Assembly: GCA_964016885.1 (NCBI GenBank)
Contig: OZ024741.1
Location: forward strand, 131,564,001 to 131,628,000
From: Eledone cirrhosa
Taxonomy: Eukaryota
Reading direction: 5' to 3'
DNA: 64,000 nucleotides
Below, piece after piece: positions 52,428 through 64,000 of this stretch. Made by a program: the position numbers and the translations under genes. Position 1 is the stretch's first letter, and every line of letters begins with the position of its first letter. The notes under the pieces were generated by a model. The model was given only the letters and a program-made list of their open reading frames with translations. It did no database searches and was not told where the DNA came from.

Positions 52428-54244
52428 TATATATATATACTTGTATATATATTTATATATATATATACTTTCATTTTCCTGTCTCACTCTTTTCCTTATC
52501 TTTTCATTCATTTCCTTTGTCATTATGAACCCCTCTCTTTTCTCTTCCTCCCTTCTTTCCCACGCTCTTACTATATCTCTCTTTATCTCCCTCTCTCCCT
52601 CATAAATTGTCTTGATTCCTCTTAGTACCCTACACATACTTTTTTAACTCATTCATACTCCTCCTCCACATTATTTTCTCTCCTCCTCCTCTTCCTCCCT
52701 ATATGTTTGATCACCTTTACCGCTACCACTTCCTTCTATGACAATATATTCCTACCACGACCACTACCCCTCCCACAACAACAACCATAAGCTCTGCCAC
52801 CAGTACCACACCCACCACAACCACCACCATAATATAACAACTACGGACACATTGTATCAGCACCACTACCACCACCATCACAATCGCTGTTCTTTAATTC
52901 CCCTCCCAATAACTTCCTACACCTTACTACCATTATACTCCCTACCCCTGTAACATTCCAATCGTTTCCCTACCACCATCACATCACCACCACAACTATT
53001 AGCAAGTTTGTGCCAACCTACCTCATACATATACATGAAATAAATTTCCTAAAAGCAAAAAAAAAAGGGAAAAAAGAGCCCAAAGAAGAAAAAAACGACC
53101 ATTTAAAAATGGTGCTTTCAGCTACGCTGATCCAACCATCAATAGAAAACATTTTCAAAGCGCTCACGTAGGCCACACCACCCTCTTCTCGCCAATAACC
53201 ACTTAGCCACTTCTCTCCCACCCAAGACAACCTCAACATCCTGCATCATTCTCTATTGAGCAGGCATCGTTGACGCACGGTTGTTCTATTCTGTGTACTG
53301 AAAACCATATTTGAGGCTTTGCAAAAAAGAAAAAGAGAGTGAGGGAAAAAAAGAAGGGGAAAAGAAGTGTTTATATAAAATTTATGAGGCCATAAGGAAC
53401 TTTTTAAGTACCAAGGCTACCCTCACAACAAACCTACCAACTTTTCGAAACGACTACCTTTATCAAGCAACAATCCTACAACCTATCAAGGGCCCTTTAC
53501 TAAATACTTCTAACCAATAATTATCAGTGACTATTTCCAAACGACATTCTAAATTGAACTTTCTGCTCGGCCATATCTCTACGTTTTTGCGATCGTTTTG
53601 GGTAAGTAAAATAAATGTTGTTATTTCATGCGTTGCTAATATTGTTGAGGTGGTGGCTGCATTTATTGTTGTTTATGATATTGATGTTTGTTGCTGTGAC
53701 ATTTGTTGGTGATTTAATTTTGAGGTGTTCTGTGATAATAATATTGATAACAAATTATAGCGATGATGAAAGTGATAATGACGGTAGAGGGATGGTAATG
53801 CTGAGAATGTTGATGATGATCATCATCATGATCTTGATGATGATTGATAATGATGAAGAGGATGATGATTTTGATTATGATGATAATTACGACGATGCTG
53901 TGGCTACTTCTAAAGAAGATGATGTTGAAGATGATAATGATCATGATCATGATCACGATATAGATAAAAATTATGAATTTGTTACCGTTGTTTTTCTTCT
54001 GACTTGCTGCTAGACTTGTCTTGCTCCTATTGTTTTTTAACACCAAGTCAACTATTACCCGGCAGACTATTATCAAACGTGTTTTTGCCTTGCCCATCCC
54101 ATCTTTATTTTCCAGACTCTACATCTAATGCACTATTATGTAATGTCATTCATTTCTTTACGAAAGTTGTGTATGGTTTCAGAGAAACTCGGCAATACTT
54201 TCTAGAAGTTGTAGGACCTTAGTTTAGAGCAATGATATTATTAT

Positions 54245-54432
54245 TGTCGGACATGATGCTTTGCAACATAGAGTTACGGCCCTTTGCATTCTGAGTTTTA
54301 ATCCCGCCGAGGTTAAGTTTGCCTTTCATCCTTACGTGGTCGATAAAATAAAGCACCAGTAACATACTGGGGTCGATTTAATCGACTTTCCCCTCCCCCC
54401 AAATTACTGTCCTTGTGCCTATACTAGAAACA

Positions 54433-54433
<1 letters not shown>
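54245..54433 (+). mobile_element. SINE with long (ATT)n tail
   Basis: Family core followed by (ATT)n to ~54507. Confidence 0.88.
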
Positions 54434-54507
<74 letters not shown>

Positions 54508-54509
54508 TT

Positions 54510-56300
54510 CGCTCTGTCACGCAGTGCATATGAATAATGCAATGCACCGGGGTATATAGTCATCTGTCAAATCACAAGGACCTCAGACAGCTAATACTTT
54601 CCTCAAAATGTGTGCAGTACCTAGCAAAGCCGCTTTTTTTTTATGACACCTAACCCAGTCGCTATAAGTTTTGAAGTTTCAAAGGGATTGATCCTAATGC
54701 CCCGATCAACTGGTACCACTTTCACATTACACTATCGCATTCCAAATAGTCTTGCCAGCTCCACTTTCAGTTCAGAGTACTTGTGACATTTTCAATCTCC
54801 TTGCTCACAATATTCGTGTCATTTGGTATTATTATTATTAAATCCCGCCGAGGTTAACTTTGCCTTTCATCCTTACGGGGTCGATAAAATAAAGTACCAG
54901 TAATGTACTGGGTAATTACTGGCCTTGTGCCTAAAGTAGAAACAATTATTATTTTGTCCACAACCAGTTGACTGAGGTAGTACCTTCAATTATCAAGCAC
55001 TTTTCTGTGCATCCTCTTAGTTCCAAAGAGTAGTCTTTTCTCTGCTGGCCCCACCCTGCTGGCTCCAATTTTTTTATAGTTTTCAATTCTGGTGATCACC
55101 ATACCAAGCACCCCGACTACAACTGGGATCACCTCAATATTTTTCAATGCCCACAAATGTTTTATCTCCCATGCTAATGGTTCTTATCGTTCAATATTAT
55201 TAATCCCGCCGAGGTTAACTTTGCCTTTCATCCTTACGGGGTCGATAAAATAAAGTACCAGTAATTATACTAGGTAATTGCTGGCCTTGTCCCAAAAAGT
55301 AGAAACAATTATTAATTTCTTTATCATAAACCTTATTGTCAGTAGGACACGCTACATCCATAATCAGACATTGTTTGTTAACTTTGTTGATCCCACAATA
55401 TCTTGCTTGCGATGTTCAATTTCATGGTCACATTGGACCATAAAGTCTGTTAAAATTTTGACGTGGTCATTTTCTATAACATCTGGCTTGTGCTCCTACC
55501 ATTGGCTTGCTCCTTTGAGGCCGTATTTTCAACATAACTGCTAATGAATGATTTGTGCTACGTTAGCATGATGCCGCTTGTATTCTTTCGGTGCCAGCTT
55601 TGTACACTGGCTGGTGATATGTCCCACAGTCTCTCCCTTTTCTCCGCACACTCTACACTTTTCTGTTTCACCTGAGTTGTCAGTTTTGTGTCTAACATAA
55701 TTTCTCCTCAGAGCAGCACAAATTAAAACTACCGCTTCTAGTTTAAGGCCTCTTTTCTGCATCCATAAACACCTCTTCACCAAATCGGTTTTGGCTTCTG
55801 TGCCTCTGTAAAATTGCCCATACATCGTCTTTTCTTTCCATCCCTTTTCATTTTCAATTCGCTTCTCCTTCTTGTATTCTGATTATTTTTTCTTTGCAAT
55901 TTCCAATTTTCAACACATTTGACTTTTTCATATCCAGTAGCCATGGTTCAGTGTCATTCTTTATGTACCAAGTTACGCTATTCTCTTCTGTTCTCACACA
56001 TCCTTCACAACTGATGAGTCCCTTCCCCCTTTTTGTGACAAGTATAATCTGTCAACATCGCTCCTTGAATGAAAGGTTCCGTTCATTGTAAATTCCCCGT
56101 TTTCCAGCACCATATATTAGCAAGAATACTGCGCAAGTATTAAGCGCTTAATATTCATTTCTGTCAATCAACTTTGATTTTAGAGTAAATCTCATTTTCA
56201 AAAAGTATTCTTTTGCTAACTTAGTTTTCATTTACTGTTCCATCAAGTTATGGTTCTCTAAAGTTCCCAGATATTTGTAGCTGTTATCATCTATTTTCTA
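54510..56300 (-). mobile_element. Two Dong/R4-like remnants interrupted by short SINEs (54841-54946, 55202-55309)
   Basis: AALLGTAHILRKVL; MYGQF, CRVC..ETVGHITSQC..YKRH; abuts (ATT)n. Confidence 0.8.
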
Positions 56301-56486
56301 TTATACTGAAGCAATCATAGGTCAGATCAACAGATCGGAGCGTTTGCATTACCCTTAAACATAGTAACACTATATTGCTATGATACAGAGATATTTCGAA
56401 CCTGCCAATTCCCGTCGAACATTGAGAAACCAAATGTTGCATCGAACTCAAAAAACATTTGTTTTTTAAAATAAAAATCTACTAAT

Positions 56487-56672
56487 AATTGTTTCTACTT
56501 TTGGCACAAGGCCAGCAATTATCCCAGTGCATTACTAGTACTTTAATTTACCGACCCCGTAAGGATGAAACGCAAAGTGAACCTCAGCATGATTTGAACT
56601 CAGACGGTAAAGGGACGTAACTCTGCTGGAAAGCATGGTGCCTGACCCTCTACCGATACTGAGAGAATCGTT
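56487..56672 (-). mobile_element. SINE
   Basis: Close match to 27695-27880. Confidence 0.88.
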
Positions 56673-57064
56673 GAATGACCTAGCTATTATATAAGTGATA
56701 GTAAAAGATGAGGGCTCTGCGCACAGTCTGGGACATACTTGTATGACAGGTCTGAAATTTTCAGTAAATATCAATGGAGCCTTGAGATGTATTCATATTA
56801 GATAGCTGCGAAGGGCTACCATAAATACAACACAGGTGTGAGAAATGAATCAATTCATGCAGGAATGCAGATTTTTTAATATCGTTCTTTCTTATATAAG
56901 TGAAGCATATTCAATCAGTATCTTTAGAAATCATCTAGAATTCACAAATTCACTGGCCCAATGTCTCACTTTTTAAAATTACTTATCAATTACCAAGAGG
57001 GTGGATTGTCAGTATTGGAAGAGAGTCGACCAACATGCTTCATGGCATATAGCTAGGTTCCTTT

Positions 57065-57207
57065 ACGTGTTGAGTTAAAATCCTGCTGCGATTAGCTTTG
57101 CCTTTCATCCTTACGGAATCGATGAAATTAATCACCAGTGATGCACTAGAGTCAATTTAATCGCCATCCCCACCCAATGTTTTGGCCTTGTGCCTAAATC
57201 AGAAACA
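57065..57207 (+). mobile_element. Diverged SINE
   Basis: TTTGCCTTTCATCCTTACGG..GGCCTTGTGCCTAAA..AGAAACA. Confidence 0.8.
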
Positions 57208-57539
57208 TGAACAAAGAACGTGAGGAAAATAAATGTTCCCAGTGTACTCAGGATGCCTCGAATGGAAATATAGAAAATATAAATATTATTTTGTGTTCAA
57301 AATATATCTGTTAGCCGAGGCTTTATTAGGTAGTCAACCAGTTTGAACATTAAAAAGAAACGTTTGAAATGTTGTTTATAATTATATAAATTATATTATT
57401 GCTGCTTTATATCATTACTATATGGACAGACACACACATATATATAGCAAAAGTGTATGATAAAGTTATATCTCGATTACACACTGTACTTATACAAGTA
57501 TAACTTTAATCTCTCTCTCCATCTCATCCCACTTTCCCC

Positions 57540-57613
<74 letters not shown>

Positions 57614-57663
57614 ATACGGTAACGATACAAAGCAGCAAAGATGATGACGTAAAATGAATTCAT

Positions 57664-57739
57664 ATTTGATAATTGTTTCTGCAAACATGGTCGCTCTCAC
57701 ATCTCTCCTATGGTATGACATTTGACTCGTCGGAGAAAT
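57664..57739 (-). ncRNA. Degenerate hammerhead-like motif
   Basis: CCGACGA..GAAA-caatta-UC; weak stems I and II; lies between microsatellites. Confidence 0.3.
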
Positions 57740-57830
57740 TAACAAAAGGATTTACGTTTTAAGGAATAATTCTTTGCATAAATATACCATTACATACACT
57801 CACATACACGCGCACACACTCACACACTCA

Positions 57831-57919
<89 letters not shown>

Positions 57920-59116
57920 ACACACACACACACACACAAACTCACACACACACACACACACATACATATATATATACACATATATATATACCACCAATGC
58001 TTTCTACCATTACGTTTCAAGAATACTTAGTAAATCAGACGGCCATGTTTGTTTATAGTCTGATTACAGACGAACATGGGTGTTTATAATTGTATTGAAG
58101 GTGGGGATAATAGCGGAGCTGCAAGCTATGGTTGTGTTGATGATGGTTTCGATGACGTTGATGATTGAAATGGTGATTATGTTGGTAATGGTGGTGGTGT
58201 TGTCTATGATGATGAGGATAATGGTGATGATGATGGTGAGGGTATTGACGATGTTACGTTCCATTTTTCCATTATTCCCAGACGACGAGAGAATTTTTAC
58301 TTCTCTCCCCTTCCGACACCTCTCCACTTCCTTTCGACATTAAAAACTATCTTATACAAACATTTTCTCGCTTGCACACACACTTTATACATACACACAT
58401 TTGCATGATTTCACCTACACGAGCACACATTCGCACGTAGAGACACGTTCTTCGTCTATCCACTATTGTTCTTTTCTCTTCCTCTTTCTCTCTCTTCTTG
58501 TCTCACTCATTCTCTAACTCTCACTTCTCTCCACTCTCTTCCTCCCATTTATTTGTCTCAATTTTTTTGTTTGCACTCTTTTACACACTCTCTGTCAATT
58601 ACTCTCTCTTCTGTTTTTTTATGTCTCTGCTTTTCTGTATTTTTTCGCACTTTATCATTCTCTCATCCTCTTCCTCTGACTCTTCCTCGCTGTCTTTTAA
58701 TCACAAGTCATTCTTTCTCTTGCTCTCTTTCATCCTTTTTCATCTTTCCTCTGACCCGTCATCCTGTAATTCACTGCGCCTAAATCTCCGATGCCCTCTC
58801 TCTCTGTTTCCCTTTGACACTAATTCTCTTTACCTCTCATTAGCATTCTCACATTCAGACTCTAGATCTCTACATGCGAGTTTCATTCCCCATTTCTCTC
58901 TTTCTCTTGCTATCTTCTACTTTCATTTGCTATCTTCTACTCATTGTTATGTCACTTTTACTACTACAACCACAGTCACAGCCACTACTTCCCCAACGCT
59001 ACCATCCTCTGTGTAAGATATGATGCTATACATCCGCCATTTTGGTTTACCACCTATGGAAGTCTCTTGGTACTGATATCCGGGAGAACAACAATACCAC
59101 CACCACCACCACCACC

Positions 59117-59148
<32 letters not shown>

Positions 59149-59724
59149 CAACAACAAACAACAAAAACAACAATCAATAACATTTTCAATAGCAAGAACT
59201 TCAGCGAAACTCTAGAAGAAAACATTATCGACAACATCAACAACAATAGCGACTAGAAAATACTATGTTAGCAACAATAACAACAACACTAACAAGAGTA
59301 ATGGGAAATTTAAAATAGCAACAATAACAACACCAATACAAGAACAATAGCAATATCGATAAATATAATGATTGATAAATATATAATTAAGAAATTCAAT
59401 AACAGCAACAATATCAACAGGAAAATTATAGTAGCAGCTCTAATGCCTATATTGATAGCAGCAATATCATCGATAACAATAACAGCTGGTAAATACAACA
59501 ACGACGACAACAACAACAACTACCAATACAATAACAACAACAACAGATGTAACAAGTGTAACAGGAAAATCATAGCAGCAATAATTGCAACAACATTTTC
59601 AATTGCTACAATATTATTAACACAATTGACAAAACTAACAGTAGCTATAGTTACAAGATCACAATCATAATTGATAGGGATGACAACAATAACAACGTCA
59701 ACAATAACAACAAGGGGCAACGAA

Positions 59725-62130
59725 CGAAGATTGCGTTGTCAGAACTAGGATGCGTGCTCTGAGACACGAGGTGACGAAAACCCTCCAATGGATCCGAGTG
59801 GCAGAGGCACGGCGTGGCAATAAAGCCACAATTTAGTCTTTGACTGATCAGGATGGGCGCGTCCTACTTGGTTCCGAGCATACGTATGCGACCTTTCGGC
59901 GGCATTTCTCTCAAACCTTCGAGACGTGCGACAGAGTGGATCGTGGGATGGACTTCAGTAAATACCCCGATGGTCTACCGTGATTCTGGGCAACGGAGGC
60001 ACAGTGCTGCGAAATACCGCTAGCGAACTACAAAATGCAAGAAACGATAAGTAACTGCATGAGAGGCAAATTCCCGAGTGTGGATGGCCTGCCAAGGAGC
60101 TTTATATTTACTTGCCACACTTGTTCGACAACATTTTAGCGGACGTCTACACCAACTGGCAGCAGACAGAAACATTCCTATTTCCGTGAGCTAAGGGGGA
60201 GTGGAGCTGCTGATATATGACCCAAACGAGGTAGATCATATCGATAACTTTAGAGCCAAAACTTTGCTAAACGCAGTGTTCAAATTTTGGCTTTTCATCA
60301 AGAGTCTGGTAGAGGAGGCGCAGTTTTATTCATGACAACCTCCATCTCATGTGATACATCATAGACGGGGTAAGTAAGGAACCTGACAAGAATGGGGCTC
60401 TGATCAACTAAGATATATGGAAAGTTTTCGATAGGACGACCATCGCTACCTGACAGCAAGTTTCGACCCAGTTTTCAGAGGACGAAACGCTGCACAGCGA
60501 CATCTGCTCGGTGATCAGGGCAAATGGCTACCTATCTGAGTTGATTAACTTCATATCTCGGAAAATCAGGGATGCCCCATCTCGTCTTTCTTATACGTAA
60601 TGACGCTCGAGCCATTACTACACATGCTATAGAGTGGTTAAGTGCATCCCACGAGAACGAGAATATGAGAGATCTGTCAGCATATGCTGGCGATGTCACT
60701 ATACTAGTGTCGAGCTACGAACACATTGAAATGATCGGAATTGCTTTAAGGTGACGGTAGCAAAGATAAAAAAATTCGGTGGGTCTGCAGCTCGGTACCT
60801 GGAGGAGCAGGCCCATGCCATCTAATAGCATCCAAGGGTGCTGGACAGAATGACCGGTTAAGTTGCTCGGGATCTGTTTGGGTCCAGATCTCCAAGTAAA
60901 CTCCGGGACGAGGTAACCTGCAGGGAGACCACTCTCAACCAGAAATGAGCTGAGAGGAACCTAACACTAAAAGGGCGGGCAAAGGTGGCGAACGCGTACA
61001 TCGCGTCCATCTCCCACTACCTCCTGACTGTCGCGCCTTGTCCTCGTGCCAGTATCATCGCATTGCTTTTTTGCTTTTTGTTGAAGGGACACGTGCCAGT
61101 GGTCAGGAGGTCTATTTACTGTCGACACCCGCTTGGCACACCGTGGGTGATGATGCAAAACCATGTGCAGAGGCTACAGTATCTCAGTCTTTTCCTTGAC
61201 GGTGAACATATGTGGCTGCCGTTCGTTAGACGCGTTTTTCTCCAGCTCATTTATGACTGAGACGGAGCTCTTGTAAACTGAAACGTCTTCAAACGCTCAC
61301 AGCTCTCATTCACCTGGACAGTACGATCGGTGGAACCTCTACCTTGCTGTTTCATAGACGATTAATGGCAGGTAAATGCGGCAACGTGCTTGAGGAGACT
61401 CTGGGTGTCAATAAAAATTAACTAACCACTCTTTTCCGGAAGATTTCGGGCCAGGTTCCAAGGGTAAATTACAGAAATCTCTGTCATGGCTGTGCTACCG
61501 CAGAGAATTACCAGTTCGAGATAAACTCTGCAGGCATGGAAATGCCATCACCCGGGGCTGTCCGAGATGGAATCGTCTTCACGCACTCATGGAGTGTCAG
61601 AGTATTGCTGATTTGTGGGTTTTTGTCGAACACCTGCTGTCATGTGTGGAAGGGATCCGGCTATCCGCTGTGTCCGTCATGAAGACAACACCCCACCACC
61701 TTCCTTTAGCCGGGAAGGACAGGTAGTTTTTATCTGCCTGGTGGCAATGGGGAAAGAGATCATGTGGTGGACAGATCTGAAAGAGTTGAAGACAAGCGAT
61801 TTCCTCTTCGGCGTAGCCCTGACTAACTTTTTCAGGTTTCACTTGAAGGGGAAAATTAGTGTGGAGAGGAAAGTGCTACCTCCGAAAATGTTTATTGAAA
61901 GCTGGGTGAGAGTGATCAGCATGGCCCTAGTTAATGGGTTTGTTCTGCGCATGCGCCTGTAGATTGGAGGAGGTCAAGTGGGAGAGGGCACTTGCACTAG
62001 AGGTCAGGCTTTTTCCCTATTATTCAGTATTTTGTTTTTGTTTGAATTTTACAGCTTTAATTGTTTTCGTTAACACGTCTTTACACGCCCTGTACCGTCC
62101 GTGAGCTCCGTGTGGCTAATAAAAATACCA
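59725..62130 (+). mobile_element. Old 5'-truncated Tx1 copy
   Basis: Colinear with 4050-6700 with many indels; SAYAGD, ANAYIAS; AATAAA followed by decayed (ATT)n. Confidence 0.88.
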
Positions 62131-62166
62131 ATATTATTACAGTTGTTATTATTATTCTCGATAAAT

Positions 62167-62303
62167 GAGTTCAAATAACGGTGAGGTTAGTTTTGCTTTT
62201 CATCCTTATGGGATTGATAAAATAAAGCACCAGTAATGTACTGGGGTCGATTTAATCGAGTCCCCCCCCCCAATTGCTGGCCTTGCGCCTATAGTAGGAA
62301 TCT
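62167..62303 (+). mobile_element. SINE with (ATT)n tail
   Basis: B box plus family core. Confidence 0.82.
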
Positions 62304-62332
62304 TTATTATTATTATTATTATTATTATTATT

Positions 62333-63067
62333 GTTCTTTAAGTCTCAGTCATTGATGTTAGTTAACTGGAAAGTTTGTTGAAATGAATATCAAGCCACTA
62401 CCTGCAGCCTCAGATATTCAGGACGTATCGGAGGGTTCTTGCTGTTCCCTGCAAGCATGCATTTTGAAGCATTCCAAAAAGCGAGGCGGGGTCAATTTTC
62501 TTTAACCATCCCTGGAAACTTTTTGAGATAGTACCTAGTGCGCCTATGACAATCGCGACCACTTTGACTTCATGGCAGTTCCAAATCCTTTTTACCTCCC
62601 ACTTTCAGTCCTGGTATCGGTTAATTTTCTCCCTCTTCTTTTCTTGCACTCTCGTGTCGAATGGGCAGGCCACATCCACAATCAGGCACGATCTTTTTTC
62701 CTTGTCCAAAACCACCAGGTCAGGTCTATTGTGTTCCAGTTTCTTGTCCGTCTGTATCCTAAAATCCCACAGCACCTTCACCTGATCGTTTTCTATCACC
62801 GACTCTGGCTTATGCTCATACCACTTCTCAGAATGTGGTAAATTATTTACTTTGCATAGGTGCCAGTGGATCACCCTGCCCATCACATCATGTCTCCAGC
62901 CCTTATAGTGAGTCTGGGCTAGGTGTTTACACTCCGATACAATGTGAGCCACAGTCTCCTCTCTCTCTCCACAGATCCTGCAGTGGGCTAACCTCCTCCT
63001 TGTAAATATGGTGTTTCAACCACTTCGTTTTGAGGGCCTGCTCTTGCGCAGCCATTAACATTCCTTC

Positions 63068-63070
<3 letters not shown>
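62333..63070 (-). mobile_element. Dong/R4-like 3' fragment flanked by (TTA)n on both sides
   Basis: EGMLMAAQEQAL, HIVSEC..RH, LWDF, NRPDLVVLD..VDVACPFD..K..RY. Confidence 0.9.
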
Positions 63071-63144
<74 letters not shown>

Positions 63145-63540
63145 TATCATCAGTACAGCACAGGAAAAATGTGTCTCCAACGATATTTCTCTCATATTCC
63201 ATCCACAATTCAAAGCTCTCTCATATCCAAATTGTCTTTATCCTCTCGGAATCGACAGAATATTTGAGTCGATATAATTGACTGAACACCTCCCTCCCCC
63301 ATCGTATCTCCCAAATTATGCTGGAAAGAATTATTCCAATAGAAAATTAAAAAATAGAAATATTGTATGGAAATGCTGAAATAGCTTCAGGGTACATTAC
63401 ACACGGATAGAGATAAGCACTATCAATATCTGAATAGAAACGATCAGTGATAACAGGTTCACACAGGCATATAAAGGCTAATATGTATGTATGTATGTAT
63501 GTATGCATGTATAAACTTTCATGTAGATATTTTGGCTATA

Positions 63541-63960
63541 CAGGGTGTCCCCAAAAAATGTATGCATACCTCGATTACCTGTACAGACAATATTTATTAG
63601 AATGTTGTTGAAGTGTGTATACATTTTGGGGTTTTCGATTCCTAGGCTGGGTTGCGTGTTGTGTTCTTCAGCAAAACACTTATTTGATATCATGCAAAGC
63701 ACATTGCAAACTGGCATATATCTTCCTAGGTATTCATCAGCCAATTTTCTTGAGCAACTGCTTCCTTTTTGTCCCTCAGCTGTCTTCTGTCTCTGCACTG
63801 CGGATTTCTTTCGTAAAAATCTGAAAGACAGTAGTCCGACTGAGGAACGAGCTCGTGAGGTGGGGTGGCTGTTGAAATGGTTGTCGCTGATCATTCTCCG
63901 AGGCAATACCTTTGTCATATTATCCACGAGGCGCAGCTGAAACACCACACAGACTGGGGT
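63541..63960 (-). mobile_element. Possible Tc1/mariner terminal remnant
   Basis: TA-CAGGGTGTCCC terminus; decayed PP...SDY-like motif on the minus strand. Confidence 0.35.
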
Positions 63961-64000
63961 GTAGACTCTGTAGCGTCCTCACCCACTCTCTTTCTTTCGT

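Overview
Eukaryotic, repeat-saturated DNA with no recognisable host gene. The SINE family and the density of (TA)n/(CA)n/(ATT)n microsatellites suggest an octopod cephalopod (inference). Contents: at least seven Tx1-clade LINE copies or fragments, including a head-to-tail pair in (ATT)n and one full-length copy in (AGAT)n; Dong/R4-like and CRE-like RLE retrotransposon remnants; two RTE remnants, one with a 5' inversion; a Gypsy LTR remnant; two internally deleted mariners with ~100-bp TIRs; two non-autonomous Helitrons; and ~10 tRNA-derived SINEs. The most notable signal is a Penelope-like (Hydra-type GIY-YIG) element plus short 'foldback + tail' elements embedded in (TA)n tracts. Eight type-I hammerhead ribozyme (HHR) motifs were folded by eye in or near such (TA)n-flanked segments: about five are convincing, one has a compensatory U3-A8 core, and the rest are degenerate. 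Most short ORFs in the track are microsatellite or antisense artefacts. All structures were paired manually and no database searches were run.
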